64,000 bases of DNA from an uncultured Acidobacteriota bacterium (GTDB lineage Bacteria; Acidobacteriota; UBA6911). Below the pieces are notes generated by a model that saw nothing but the letters and a program-made list of their open reading frames with translations, searched no databases and had not been told where the DNA came from. This document shows positions 29,802-42,288 of this stretch, one piece after another. The first letter of the stretch is position 1. Each line of letters starts with the position of its first letter. Both the position numbers and the translations under genes were made by a program. The stretch is from positions 32,001 through 96,000 of the forward strand of contig CAWHCF010000046.1 of the NCBI GenBank assembly GCA_963827655.1, written 5' to 3'.

Positions 29802-32800
29802 CTAAAACGTCAGCCTCAATCCAAGCTGGATCTTTCTCGCGGGAAGCGAGCTTAGAACTCGCCCGAAATTGGGATTGGTATTGATGCCCGCAGTATTGGG
29901 CGTGAAGGTCGTATTGGGGTCGTTGAAGTTTACGGAATTGAAAAGATTGAACGCCTCACCGCGGAATTCCAGATTGACTTCTTCGGTGATTTTCACGTTC
30001 TTGAAGATCGAGAGCGCCACATCGTGTACCCGGCCCGCGTGTCTCGGCAAGGTCCTGGGGATTTTCCTATTACAAAGTTGGCCGGTTTCGGAACGCTTCG
30101 TATTGAACCATCTGGTTCGCTTCTTCGGATCGGCAGAGTCGGGTCGGGGACCATGGCGGGCAAGTTGATACCGGTGAATTTGTGAGATCTTCGACTACAG
30201 GGGACTTCCTGTCTGAAGGCTGACGATGGTATTCACCTGCCACTCCGAAGATATGACCGAGCACGCCGCCGTCTTTCAAGAACCGGCGTTCCGATCCGAA
30301 AGGAGCTCGTAAACCGTGCTGATGACCATCCGCTGGGAAATGTCGCTTTCATCGATGGCGCGATCCTGGCGGCGGTTCAGCCTCCCTACCCGGAATTCAC
30401 CGCCGGCGCCGTTGCCGGCATTGCTCGAGGCGGAATCACTGATCAGCTTCGAGCCCGTGTAGGAAATCATGGCCGCCAGGCCATCTGAGAATCTTCTTTC
30501 AGTGACGAGCTGGAATGAATGATACGTGCTGGCCGCTCCGTGATTCGCGAGCGTGGTGATATTCAAGTAATCGGGAAACGGCCGGAGCAATTGACTGCGC
30601 GCAACGGTCGCGCCCGATAAGGCGCCGGTAGTAATCTGGCCCGAAAACGGATTCGGAACCTGGTCTTGCAGTCTCAGCCCGAGCTCGAAGTTTTTCGGGT
30701 CCAGCTGATTCAGATCGTAATTGGCGCCGAAGAGATGGACGCCGCGATTACCGGCATAGGTGGTTGAGACCAGCCATCGCCATGGAAGCTCACGTTGCAA
30801 GGTCAGGTTCCATTGCTGGACGTACGGTGTAGGAGCCGTCATCGCCTGGAAGCGAACATTCTGACCGCGGAAGGCCGACGGACCTCCGGCGGCGCCCTGG
30901 GGTTGGAGCAAGAACGGAGGGCCTGCGCTGAACTGGAATGCCTTGAACGGGCCCCCTCCCGGAACGATGAAGGTTGTGTCGATGCTGAATCCGAGCGAGT
31001 TTGAGTTGTCTCCCGCAGTGTCCCCGCTCTCCAGCTGGCTGTAAATGATCCCGTAGCCGGCTCGCAGCACCGTTTTTCCATCGCCGGTCACATCGTAGGC
31101 GAAGCCCAATCGCGGGCCGAAGTTGTCTCTGGGGGGTTTGGTGAAATGCCGGTCTTTGGTAACTCCCGCGTACAGCAGAATCCCCGGCATGCGGGTTTCC
31201 GGATTGACAAGAAAGGGATCAAAGTTGGAGTTCCGGTCCCATCGTTCCACCGGTCCCGAGGCCAGATCGTAGCGAAGCCCCAGATTGAGCGTCAGCCTGC
31301 GGCTCGCCTTGAAGTCGTCCTGGATGAAACTTCCGTTCGACCAGCTGTGGAAGGAAAAGAATGGTCTCACGGATTGGCTCCCGCTCGCGACCTCTCCTAG
31401 CAGGAACGTCGCCGTTCCGAATCCTGTTCCTGGGGGTTGCAGGGGATTGTTGGTCAGACTACCGGCGAAAGTGAAATTACCGGAAGGATTGACCCGGTTC
31501 ACAAAGTTAAGCCGTATCCAGCGCTGATCGGTCCCGATCTTGATGACATGCCGGCCCCGGGTGATCGTCAGGCTATCGGAAAGCTGAATCGTATGCTGAC
31601 GGCGATGCCCTCCCGCGAATCCTCCACGCGCGGACCCTATGGTCAGGATGCCGTCAACGTTGATCGGCGGAAAGGCATCCTGCGGGATGATGGGAGGGAA
31701 ACCCAGTTGGGACGGCCAGTCCTGATCGAAACTCGGATGCTGGAAAACCAGGTATTGGCGCGTTGCATTGGCGCGAAAATCGTTAAGAATTGTAGGCGAG
31801 AAAACGTGCGTCTCGCCCAGGATGAAATTGTGATTGTCGCGCTGGTCGTCGCGCGCGTCGGTGTCGGCGGGACCCAATCCCCAGGCGCGGTTCATGCGCG
31901 TGTTTCTCGTGCCGCTGTAACGCCCGAACAACCGATCCTTGCTGCCCAGGTTGTGGTCAATCCGCACGCTGAACTCGCCCTGGTCGGTGGGAAAACCTTG
32001 CAATGAAAGATAATTGTTGGCGTTTGTGAAAGGGTTGTTCGGCGCCACGTTAGGGAGCGGCATATACTCGAGGACCCGCAGGGATAAAGGATCCATGCGG
32101 GTCCGTAGAATCACGTTGCCGGGGAAAGGATCCCGAACGAAGCCGCTGCCGGCGGGATTGGGTCGAGTAGTCGCCGGATCGTAAATGAGAATAAGGTTTC
32201 CGTTGCCGTCGCGGGTGTTTGAGAAATCGCCCGCGCGTTCCGCCGGAGTCGGGACGGTGGCGCGGTTGATGTTGGCAGTTCTGTGCCGCCACTGTTCATA
32301 GCCGACGTGAAAGAAGGTTCGGTCCTTCCCGTTGTAGAGTTTCGGAATCCGAACCGGGCCGCCCACAGTGCCGCCATACTGGTTGTAGCGCAGAACGGGC
32401 TTGGTCCGGCCCGTCACCGGGTCTCGCTGGGTCAGAAAGGCGTTGCGCGCGTCGAAGGCGTCATTCCGGACAAACTCGTAGAGCGAGCCGTGGAACTGAT
32501 TGGTCCCGCTTCTCGTGACGACGCTGATGACTCCGCCGTTTGACTGGCCAAACTCGGCCGCGAGAGCGTTAGTGTGAACTTTGAACTCCTCAACCGTATC
32601 CAGGAGAGGCACAACCCCGAGTTCGTTGTGCACCGGCACGGTGTTCATTCCTCCATCGAGGAATATCTGGTTTCCGTAAACCGGGCCGCCATTGAAACTG
32701 ATTTGGGAGAAGGCCTGATTGTCGACCTGTGCAAAACCATCCGTACCCTTTGACCTTGGTTGCACGCCCGGAATCAGCCTGACCAGGTCCAGGACATGCC

Positions 32801-33260
32801 GTCCATTGAGCGGGAGATTCTCGATCCGTTCTCGTTCAACGGTCGCGCCGAGACTGGAGTCTTCGGTTTGAACTCTGGACACAGCGCCGGCGACCGTCAC
32901 CGTCTCGGTTACTTCGCCCACCTTGAGCACAACGTCGAGACGGAGTCTCTGCCCGACTTCGAGCACCACACCGGTTCGTTTAAATGTTGAGAACCCGGCC
33001 AGGGCGGCCGTCAGGTCGAACAGGCCGACGGGAAGCGATGGAATAGCGTACACCCCGTCGTCCGAACTGACTGCGGCAAATCTCTGGTTCGTGTCGACAT
33101 GTAACGCGGTCACCTCGACGCCGGGCACGCGCGCGCCCGAGGAGTCTGTAATGGTCCCGGTAAGGGTCCCTTTGGGCGACTGGCCGTGCGCGCTGCTTGA
33201 CGAGAGGAGCAGGGCGAGCCATGGATAAATGAAGAACCTGATGGTCATTCTGTCAGTCAT
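29802..33260 (-). CDS. TonB-dependent receptor, Oar-like; several indels clustered at about 30030-30310
   Basis: GTITDSSGARVPG; LPLNGRH; TRSGTNQFHG; terminal segment EFRGEAFNLFN...QLGLRLTF in 29802-30050. Confidence 0.85.
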
Positions 33261-33440
33261 GACGAGAACTCCGGTTGTGGTTCGACTTCGTCAACGAAAT
33301 CACTCGAGCCGATCGTTGATACAACCTAAGCCAAGTCCAAGTTTTCTGCAAGGGTGTCGGTCGCCCACGGCGAGCGAAATAAATCTACCATTCGGGCGTA
33401 AGAGTAGTGGTAAGCTCATGCCACAAAAAAGGAGAATCCT

Positions 33441-34061
33441 GTGAAACGACATCTCGTCTTGTTCGCGCTTGGCTTCCTCCTGGTGCAGACGCTGTCTCCG
33501 GCAGCGCTGGCGGAACGTAAGCCGTACGCACTCGACCGGTCGCACTGCCAGCTCAATTTCATCGGGGAAGCCCTGCTGATCTCCGCCCATGGATCCTTTG
33601 ACAAATGGGACGCAGACGTCCAGATGGACCGCGACAAGCTGGAAAATTCCTCGCTCACCCTCACGATTGATGCGACCAGCATCAACACCCGTGTCGAGCG
33701 CCGGGATAATCATCTGAGGAGTCCCGATTTTCTGGATGTGAAGAATCATCCTCAGATAAAGTTCGTCTCAACCAAGGTGACGCGCGTCGATGACAAGACC
33801 CTCAATCTCGTGGGGGACCTTACCATTCGGGGGACGACCAAGCCCGTCCAGGTACCGGTCAAGGTGGTGTTCATGCGCCCTGACGATGCCAGATTCAAGG
33901 GCGACCTCCAGATCAACCGCAAGGATTTTGGCGTCAATTACGATTCGAAAATGAACCCGATCGAAGACATGATCACGGTGCAGTTTGATTTTCACCTGGT
34001 CGACCAGCAGGCCATGCAGCAACGCCAGCAGAATCGTCCCGCTCAGCCACCGCCGAACTAG
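33441..34061 (+). CDS. yceI: YceI-family polyisoprenoid-binding protein
   Basis: YALDRSH; IDATSINTRVERRDNHLRSPDFLD; GDLTIRGTTK; INRKDFG; RBS aggag. Confidence 0.9.
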   Translation: MKRHLVLFALGFLLVQTLSPAALAERKPYALDRSHCQLNFIGEALLISAHGSFDKWDADVQMDRDKLENSSLTLTIDATSINTRVERRDNHLRSPDFLDVKNHPQIKFVSTKVTRVDDKTLNLVGDLTIRGTTKPVQVPVKVVFMRPDDARFKGDLQINRKDFGVNYDSKMNPIEDMITVQFDFHLVDQQAMQQRQQNRPAQPPPN

Positions 34062-34127
34062 GCCGTCTTTGCATCTTCGTGTACTGGAATCAAAGACTCG
34101 GTGTCTTCGTGTCTTGGCGGTGGGTTT

Positions 34128-34931
34128 ATGAATTTTCCAAGACTGATGGGATGCTCTCTGGTTGCAGCCTTGGCGATCGCCTCGACAACCGCCGCCCAGA
34201 ATCGGAATCGCCCGCCGGCGCGAGCGCTCGATGAAGCGGAGGTGTCACAAGGACGTGAAATCTATAACCGATCGTGCACGACCTGCCACGGCCTGGACGG
34301 AACCGAAGGCGACCGGGCTCCAGCGCTAGGCGCCACACGGCGCTATCTTCGAACCAGTGATGAAGCTCTATTCGATGCCATAAAGAACGGAATCGGCGGC
34401 ACTCTCATGCCTCCTTCCTCGATGCCGGCGGCCGAGGTCCGGAAGGTGGTGGCCTACATTCAGAGCCTGCGCGCGACCGCCTCGGAGGCGGTGGTCAAAG
34501 GAGATGGCGCGCAGGGCGCGGAGATTTTCTGGGGGAAGGGGGAATGCGGCAAGTGTCACATGATCGGGGGCCGGGGCGACATTCTGGGGCCGGACCTCTC
34601 GAACATCGGGGGTGAGCGCCGCCTGAGCTTTCTGCGCGATCTTCTGATCAAGGAAAGGCCGCGCATTCCGCGCGGCTACCATCCGGTTCGAGTCAAGACG
34701 CGTGACGGGCTGACTCTGGAGGGAATCGTCAAGAACGAAAATAACTTTTCACTCCAGCTCCTGGACATGGATCGCAAGCTGCACCTGTTCACCCGTGACG
34801 AATTAGCTGAAGTGACTTACGCGACCAGGTCGCTCATGCCGAGCAACTATGATCAGCGCCTGACTGAGACCGAATTGCAGAACCTGCTGGCATTTCTGAG
34901 CCGGCAGGCACGCAGCAAGGAGCCTCGATGA
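34128..34931 (+). CDS. Di-heme c-type cytochrome with a 'putative heme-binding domain'
   Basis: Signal peptide; CTTCH and CGKCH; GPDLSNIG; SLMP; overlaps the next ATG. Confidence 0.85.
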   Translation: MNFPRLMGCSLVAALAIASTTAAQNRNRPPARALDEAEVSQGREIYNRSCTTCHGLDGTEGDRAPALGATRRYLRTSDEALFDAIKNGIGGTLMPPSSMPAAEVRKVVAYIQSLRATASEAVVKGDGAQGAEIFWGKGECGKCHMIGGRGDILGPDLSNIGGERRLSFLRDLLIKERPRIPRGYHPVRVKTRDGLTLEGIVKNENNFSLQLLDMDRKLHLFTRDELAEVTYATRSLMPSNYDQRLTETELQNLLAFLSRQARSKEPR

Positions 34932-36508
34932 AGACCCGCATCGCCTGCTTTTTGATCCTGGCGGCCGAGCTGGCCGCGGCTCAGGTCACGTACCAGGACT
35001 TGCTGAAGGCCGATCCTGATAACTGGCTGAGTTACTCGGGCTCTTACAGCGCCCAGCGCCACAGCCTGTTGAAACAGATCAACGCCGGCAACGTGCACGC
35101 CCTGGTGCCGAAATGGATCTACCACATCGCCGGCGCGAGCCGGCTGGAGAGTGTGCCGGTCGTCGTGGATGGAGTGATGTACATCTCGCAGCCCAACGAA
35201 GTCTATGCGCTCGATGGGCGCACGGGCCGCCTGTTATGGGAATACCGCCGGACGCCGGCCATCCGCAGAGGCCCCAACCGCGGTGTCGCCGTTTACGGCA
35301 ACAGAGTCTACTTCGGCACACCCGACCCCTGCCTGGTGGCGCTCGATGCGCGGACGGGGAATCTACTGTGGGAGACGAAACTGGCTGAGCCGAGCGAGGG
35401 CTACTGGTGCCCGGTGGCTCCCCTTCCGGTAAAAGACAAGATCATTATCGGCATCGCGCCGGGGGATCACGGATTGAACGGCTGGCTCGATGCGTATGAC
35501 GCCGAGACGGGCAAGCGAGCGTGGCGCTGGCATGCGATCCCGAAGCCGGGCGAGCCCGGGTCAGAGACCTGGGCCGGGGAGTCGTGGAAAACGGGCGGAG
35601 GGAACACCTGGCTGACCGGCAGCTTCGACCCGGCGCTCAACCTGATCTACTGGGGAATCGGAAATCCGGCGCCCGATTTCGACGGCGACGCGCGCAAGGG
35701 TGACAATCTGTATACGGAGTGCATGGTGGCTCTGGATGCCGATTCGGGAAAGCTGAAGTGGTATTTCCAGTTCACGCCGCACGACGTGCACGACTGGGAT
35801 GCGGTCGAGATTCCGGTTCTGGTCGACGCGCCGTTTCAGGGTGAAATGCGCAAGCTCCTGGTGCAGGCGAATCGAAACGGCTATTACTACGTTCTTGACC
35901 GCACCAATGGCAAATTCCTGCACGGAACGCCGTTTGTGAAGCTGCTTAACTGGGCGAAGGGTCTGACGCCCGAAGGGAGGCCGATCCGCGTACCCGGAGT
36001 AGAGCCGACCCTCCAGGGGAACAAGGTATGCCCCCCGACCGCGGGCGCGACCAACTGGATGTCGCCGGCGTACAATCCGGACACCGGGTATTTTTATGTG
36101 GTCGCGCTCGAAGGTTGCGGCATCAGTACCAAGGCTGCCGACAAGTTCCGGCCCGGCGGCTTTCCGTTCATGGCCACCGGGTACGTTGAAAGTCCCGAGG
36201 AGCCCTGGCAGATGCACGTCCGCGCCCTCGAGCTGACCACCGGCAAGCTGAAATGGGATTACAAGCAGACCGGATCACGAAGTTACGGCGCAGGCCTGCT
36301 CTCGACCGCCGGAGGTCTGATCTTTGCCGGCGACGACCAGGGCTTCTTCACTGCGCTTGACGCGACGGCCGGGAAACCGCTGTGGCACTTCAACACCGGC
36401 CAGCGTATTTCGGCGTCCCCGATCACCTACAGCTTCAAGGGCAAGCAGTACATCGCCGTCGCGGCCGGTTCGAATGTCGTGGCCTTCGGACTGTACGATG
36501 GTCTGTAA
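34928..36508 (+). CDS. PQQ-type quinoprotein dehydrogenase (methanol/ethanol-family fold)
   Basis: WLSYSG..QRHSLL.QIN; NRGVA; GNPAPD; ALDADSGKLKWYFQFTPHDVHDWD; GATNW; ALDA..GKPLW. Confidence 0.88.
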   Translation: MKTRIACFLILAAELAAAQVTYQDLLKADPDNWLSYSGSYSAQRHSLLKQINAGNVHALVPKWIYHIAGASRLESVPVVVDGVMYISQPNEVYALDGRTGRLLWEYRRTPAIRRGPNRGVAVYGNRVYFGTPDPCLVALDARTGNLLWETKLAEPSEGYWCPVAPLPVKDKIIIGIAPGDHGLNGWLDAYDAETGKRAWRWHAIPKPGEPGSETWAGESWKTGGGNTWLTGSFDPALNLIYWGIGNPAPDFDGDARKGDNLYTECMVALDADSGKLKWYFQFTPHDVHDWDAVEIPVLVDAPFQGEMRKLLVQANRNGYYYVLDRTNGKFLHGTPFVKLLNWAKGLTPEGRPIRVPGVEPTLQGNKVCPPTAGATNWMSPAYNPDTGYFYVVALEGCGISTKAADKFRPGGFPFMATGYVESPEEPWQMHVRALELTTGKLKWDYKQTGSRSYGAGLLSTAGGLIFAGDDQGFFTALDATAGKPLWHFNTGQRISASPITYSFKGKQYIAVAAGSNVVAFGLYDGL

Positions 36509-36548
36509 AAACAATAACCACCAGGACACCAAGGCACGAAGAAAGCAC
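36509..36548 (+). repeat. 8-nt-period intergenic repeat (forward copy)
   Basis: aaacaataaccaccaggacaccaaggcacgaagaaagcac between convergent genes. Confidence 0.8.
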
Positions 36549-36572
36549 TCTGGCACCAGGCTTTCCCACGCC

Positions 36573-37866
36573 CTACTTGAGCAGCCCAGTCTCAAAGTCG
36601 AGGACCGCGCGCTGGATCTGGTACTCGTAGGTCGCGCTGGCAGCCGTGATCTCGGCCGAGGTCTTGTTGAGCTGCGCTTGACTCAGCTCAACGATCGAGC
36701 TGAGCCCGAGCCCGTAGCGCGTCTGCGCGAACGCCGCCGCCTTCGAGGCCTGATCGAGCAGCCGCGTGGTGACGTCGAGACGCTGAAAGGCGTTCCGCGC
36801 GCTGAGCCACGCCACCCGGACGGACTGTGCGATGCGCAACTCGAGGTCCTTCACCTCTGCGCCGATGGACTTGGCGCGCAGCTCGGCCTCGGCGTGACGC
36901 GCCGCAAACAGGTTGCCGTTGAAGACGGGGATGCTGAGGTTCAACCCGCCGCCGGCGTACTTGCCGCGCAGGTGTTCATCGTGGACGGGCAGGACCCCCG
37001 CGGTGCCGAGCAGGCTCAGCGTCGGGAAGCGCAAGCTCTTCTCACCGTCTGCCAGCTGCTGCGCGGCGTCGCTCTGCAAGCGCAAGGCAATCAGCTCGGG
37101 CCGCGACGCGAGCGCGTCGCGGACAAGCGTCTCGACATCGCCGGCAAGGGGCGGCGGAAGAGTTTCCTCGGCCAGCGTGAACTCCTGCGGCGTCTCGAAG
37201 CCCATGGCTGCTGAAAGGTCCGCGGTCGCCGCGCGGATGTCGTTTTGTGCTCGAAAGAGCAGCAACTCCGCCTCCGAGACGTTTACGGCCGCGAAGTTCA
37301 CGTCCAGGGTCGAACGCAGGTCGCTCTTCTGGAGCGCCGTCACCTGCCGCAGGCTGAGCCCGCGCGCCTCGACGGTTTCCTGCGCAACGCGCAGCACAGA
37401 GCGCCTCAAGAGCTGGCGATAGTAGGCCTGGCGCACCTGCACCAGGACCTGCGCGCGCGTGACCGAGACACTCTCCGAAACAGCCTGGGCCTGCATCTCG
37501 GCGCGCGGGTCAGGCTGGCGTGCGGCCGAAATCGGTGATCAGCTGGTTGACGGTGAATCCGGTGGCGGCGCGGCTGGCCACACTCGATGTGGTGATTGCG
37601 CCAGCTGCCACCACAGTGCCGTGGTCGGCCCCCATCCCCGTGACCTGGATGTTGACGGTCGGGTAGTATGCGGCGCGCGCCTGAGCGACTGTGGCCGCGG
37701 CGGCGTCCGCGCGGTAGCGCGCGGCTCCGAGCCTGGGGTGGTTGCTCAGCGCCAGCGCCTCGGCTTCGGCCAGCGTCAGGTGGCGCTGGACGGGGGCCTC
37801 GGCGGCGGAGAGGGCCGTCGTGAACAGCAGAATCGTGGCCAGCGCTCGAGTGTCCACTCCTCTCAT
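36573..37866 (-). CDS. TolC-family outer membrane factor; frameshift near 37505
   Basis: LTLAEAEALALSNHP; AYYPT; LITDFGRT; LSIPVFNG; RYGLGLSSIVELSQAQ. Confidence 0.85.
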
Positions 37867-37867
37867 C

Positions 37868-40800
37868 TTATTGCTCCTCGCTTGCTACAGGTGAAGTCAG
37901 GGACCGGTCGGCGCGCCCGTAAACCAGAAGATAGGCGGCCGGCACGATGAATACGGTGAAAAGGAGTGATACTGCCATGCCTCCGATGATCGCAAGCGCC
38001 AGGGGCGCGTAAGCCTCGCTACCGGTTCCAAGCCGCATTGCCATTGGCAGCAGGCCTATGATGGTCGCGAACGAAGTCATCAGGATCGGGCGCAGCCGGA
38101 CCCGGCCGGCCGCCGCGACCGCGTCACGCACCGAAGCTCCTTCCTCGCGCGACCGGCGAGTGAACTCGACGATCAGGATGCTGTTCGAGACCACGATTCC
38201 GACCATCATCACGATTCCCATCAGCGACTGCACGTTGAGCGTCGTGCCCGTCCCGGCCAGAGCCACGAGTACTCCGCTCAGGCCCATCGGGACGGCGAGC
38301 AGGATGATGAGCGGGTCGATGAACGAGCGGAACTGCGCCACGAGAATGAGGTATAGGAGGAACGTCGCCAGGATCAGGCCGAGCGCGAAGCTGCGGAACG
38401 ACTCGCGCATCGCATGCACGACGCCGCGCAGGTCAACCCGGACCCCCGTCGGAAGCTTGGTGCGCCGGATGATCTCCTCGATCGAGCTCGCCACTCGCCC
38501 GACGTCCTCGTCGGCCAGGCTGACGTAGGCGTCGATGACCTTGCGCAGTCCGTAGTGGGCGACCTCGGTGGGCGCCTCGACGCGACGCATGCGCGCCACG
38601 GCGTCGAGCGTGGTGGCCCGGCTGCGGGCGGCCGAGCGGACCGGAATGTCGCCCAGGTCCGACAGTTCCCGGATCTCTCCTTCCGGGTATTGCACGGTGA
38701 GCAAGTAGTCATTGTTGCTCTTCGGGTCGGTCCAGAAGTCGGCGCGATCATCTGGTTCGAGGCGATAGCCGTGATCACGTTGCTCACGATCTCCTTCTGG
38801 GTGAGACCGAGCTGGCTCGCGCGCAGGCGGTCGACCTCCAGGCGCAGCGCCGGGTTGTCGAGGTCCTGCGGGATCATGACGTCCTTGACGCCGGGGAGCC
38901 GGCGGATCTCGGCGGCGATCTCCGAGGCGACGGCGAACGGGGATTCGCAGGTCGGGTCCGCTTACCTGAACGTCGATCGGCGCCGGGAGACCGAAATTGA
39001 GCACGGCGTCGACGAAGCCGCCAGACTGGAAATAAGCGTTCATGTGGGGCAGTCTCCGAGCGGATGCGCTGGCGAACGCGGTCCATGTACTCGTAGCTGC
39101 CGACCCGGTGGCCGTCCTTGAGGCTGACCTGGAGGAAGCCGGTGTGAGGCGCCGAGTTCGACGTATAGATCGCCGAGAAGTCTGGGACCACGCCGATGTT
39201 GGCCACCATCATCTCGAGGTCCTCGGGTGCGACCACCTCGCGCACGAGCTTCTCGACGCGCGCGACCTCGCGTTCCGTGGCGTCGAGCCGAGTTCCCGAC
39301 GGCGCCTTCAGGTTGATGACAAACTGGCCGGCGTCGGTGCGCGGGAAATACGAGACGCCGAGGACTGGGTACAGCGCCAGGCTCAGGGTGAAGAGCGCTA
39401 CCGTGGCCGACACGAGCACGATGGGGCGCCGGAGCGCGACGCCCAGCAGCCGGTCGTAGAGGGCCATGAAGCCGACGAAGCCGCGGTTGAAGGCGAAATG
39501 GATATGGCCGATGCCGCGCGGGATGCCGTGGGCGTGAGGCGCGCGAATGAAGAGCGCGCAGAAGAGCGGCACGACCGTAAGGGCGACCACATACGAAGCA
39601 ATCAGCGCGAGCACGACCGTCAGCGCCAGCGCCGAGAAGAGGTCCTTGCTGACGCCGTAGAGAAACGTCACCGGGAAGAAGACCACGGAGGTTGTGAGCG
39701 TCGAGGCGAGCACCGGGAGCGCGACCTCGTCGGCCCCCTTGCGCGCGGCCTCCCGCACGGGTTCCCCCAGTTCCATCCGCCGGAAGATGTTCTCGAGCAC
39801 GACCACGGAGTTGTCGACCAGGCGCGAGAAGGCGAGCGCCAGCCCTCCGAGCGTCATCGAGTTGATCGAGCCGCCGGAGAAGGAAAGAGCGAGGAAGGCC
39901 GCGAGCGCCGAGAGCGGGATCGAGAAGAAGACGGCCACGGTCGCGCGCAGGCTGCCCAGGAACAGCAGGATCATGAGCGAGGTGAGCAGGATTCCGAGTC
40001 CCCCTTCGCTGAGCAGCGTCTGGATCGCGCGCTTGATAAATTTTGACTGGTCGAAGACGACCTCGCCACCAGGTTCGCGGGGACGTCAAGCAGGTTCGCG
40101 ACCTCGCGGTGCACGGCGTCAACGACTGCGATCGTGTTGGTATCACCCCCCTGACGCAGCACCGGCTGGTAGACGGAGGGCTGTCCGTCGACCCGCACGA
40201 TATTGTACTGGATCTGTGCCGCATCCTTGGGTATGCCGACGTCGGCGATCGTGATCGACGACTGGTTCACGGTCTTGATCGGGATCCGCAGCAGGCCCTC
40301 GAGGTCCGAGAACTGGCTGTTGGTATAGATCGGGTAGTCCATCGGGCCCATGCGGACATTGCCGGCCGGAAGGATCAGGTTGGTCTCGTTGACGGCGCGC
40401 ACCACGTCCATCGGGCTCAGCTCGTAGCTGTGGAGCTTCTGCGGGTCGACGTAGATCATGATCTGGCGGTAGCGTCCGCCGAACGGCGGCGGGACTGCAG
40501 CCCCCTGCACCTTCGCGACCTGGGTGCGCACCTTGTAGTGCGCGACGTCGCGCAGCGCGGCGTCGGTCATCCCCTCCCCCTTGAGGGCGATCAGGCACAC
40601 CGGGAGGCTCGATGCGTCGAACTTGAGCACGATGGGCGGCAGCGTACCGGGGGGAAGGCGGCGCTGCTCGGCGCTGCCAGGTTGGCCATGGCGGAGACCG
40701 CCGAGTCGGGGTTCGTACCCTGCTGGAAGAAGATCTTGATCACGCTCACGCCCGGCAGGGAGCGCGACTCGATGTGCTCGATCCCGGGCGCCAGGGTGAA

Positions 40801-41004
40801 GAAGCGCTCCTGGCGCTGCGTGATGTCATTTTCGACCTGCTCGGGCGGCATCCCCGGATAGAAAGTGGCAACGACCACCACGGTCAGATCCATCGCCGGG
40901 AACATGTCGACCGGCATGCGCGCGAGCGACGTCCCGCCGAGCACGCAGACCACGACCGCGCACACGAGGATGAAGTACGGGTTGCGCAGGGAGAAGGAGG
41001 GCAT
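37868..41004 (-). CDS. RND efflux permease (AcrB/AcrD/AcrF family); about 5 frameshifts
   Basis: MPVDMFP; LVDNSVVVLENI; GIVVSNSIL; RLRPILMT; PLALAIIGG spread over consecutive ORFs. Confidence 0.85.
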
Positions 41005-42212
41005 CAGTTCGACATGAGCTTGGGCTGGACCTTCTGGCCGGCGCGGAGCTGACTGCGGTTCCCGACCACGACGAGTTCGTTGGCCGCCAGTCCGTCGACC
41101 ACTTCCACCGACGTCGCGGTCTCGAGGCCCACCCGGACCGACCGTTCATGCAGAGTCCCGTCGGGGCTGACCACGGTGACGGAACGTTGGATATCGTGGC
41201 CGGAAATTGCCTGCACAGGGACGGTGAGGGCCGAGTCGCGCTTCTCGAGCGTCAGCACAACCTCGGCGTAGAGCCCGGGGAAAAGCTGGCCGCTCTGGTT
41301 CGGCACGTCGATCTCGACGGTCATGGTGCGGGTGTCCAGCTCGACCGTTTTGGTCAAGCGCGCGATCCGTCCGTCGAGCGAGCTGTCTAGCGACCGCACG
41401 CGAATTCGAACGGGGGCGCCCACCCGGATGCGGGGCGCCGCGGATTCTGGCACGGGAACGGCCAGCCGCAGACGATCGATCTGGGCAAGCCGGACCACGG
41501 GCATCGCCTGAGTCTGCGAGGCGGTGCCAGCCTGAATCATAGCTCCAGGGTCCGCGTAGCGCTTGGTGATCAGTCCCGCGAACGGCGCGATGATGCGAGT
41601 GTAGTCCGCCATGGCCCGGACGCGCTGCTCGGTCGCGCGCGCGGCCTCGATCTGCTGCTCCGCGGAGGCGATCGCGGCGGTGGCGGCGGCGACCGTGGCG
41701 GCGGCGACGCGCTTGCGAGCCGAAACGTCGTCAAGCTCCTGCTGTGCGATCAAGCCGGGCTCGGTGCTTGCGGCAGCGAGCAACCGCGTCTGGGAAAGTT
41801 CCACCAGCCCGCGATTAGCCTCGGCGCGTTCGAGCTCGCCGCGCAGGCGGACCAGCTCGGACGTGGCGTGGCGAATCTGAGCAGTGGCGTGCGTTAGGTC
41901 GGGGGCGATCTCGGGGATCTCGAGCGTGGCCACGAGCTGTCCTGCTCGAACCCGATCGCCGACGTCAACCTCGATTGCTTTGAGGTACCCCGCGACCTTG
42001 GCGTGCAGCTCGATCGACTGATAGGGCCGGAACTCGCCGGTCAAGAGGAGGTCTCGCGTGAGGGTCTCGGCCCCGACCTTGGCCACCGCGACGGCGGGCA
42101 GGGCGGCCGGCGACTCGTCGGTGGTTGAAGTCGCCTGGCTGCGATCACACGCGACCCCCCCCAGCACGACCAGAAGCAAAACTGCACAACCTAACGCTCG
42201 AACTCCTGACAT
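41004..42212 (-). CDS. RND efflux periplasmic adaptor subunit (lipoprotein)
   Basis: VAC lipobox-like; AKVAGYL..VDVGDRVRAGQ; IIAPFAG; TRTM; LTVP. Confidence 0.9.
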   Translation of the reverse strand: MSGVRALGCAVLLLVVLGGVACDRSQATSTTDESPAALPAVAVAKVGAETLTRDLLLTGEFRPYQSIELHAKVAGYLKAIEVDVGDRVRAGQLVATLEIPEIAPDLTHATAQIRHATSELVRLRGELERAEANRGLVELSQTRLLAAASTEPGLIAQQELDDVSARKRVAAATVAAATAAIASAEQQIEAARATEQRVRAMADYTRIIAPFAGLITKRYADPGAMIQAGTASQTQAMPVVRLAQIDRLRLAVPVPESAAPRIRVGAPVRIRVRSLDSSLDGRIARLTKTVELDTRTMTVEIDVPNQSGQLFPGLYAEVVLTLEKRDSALTVPVQAISGHDIQRSVTVVSPDGTLHERSVRVGLETATSVEVVDGLAANELVVVGNRSQLRAGQKVQPKLMSN

Positions 42213-42288
42213 CCAAGTTTCCTCCGGGGAAGACGCGGATAGCCAACGCGGGTGAGCATCAGGTTACCGGACGCTGACGAGGAAATCA

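Noticed and set aside
37868-41004. Programmed frameshifting or a naturally split RND permease
   Set aside because: Breaks are numerous, lack slippery-site context and fall mid-domain; sequencing error is simpler
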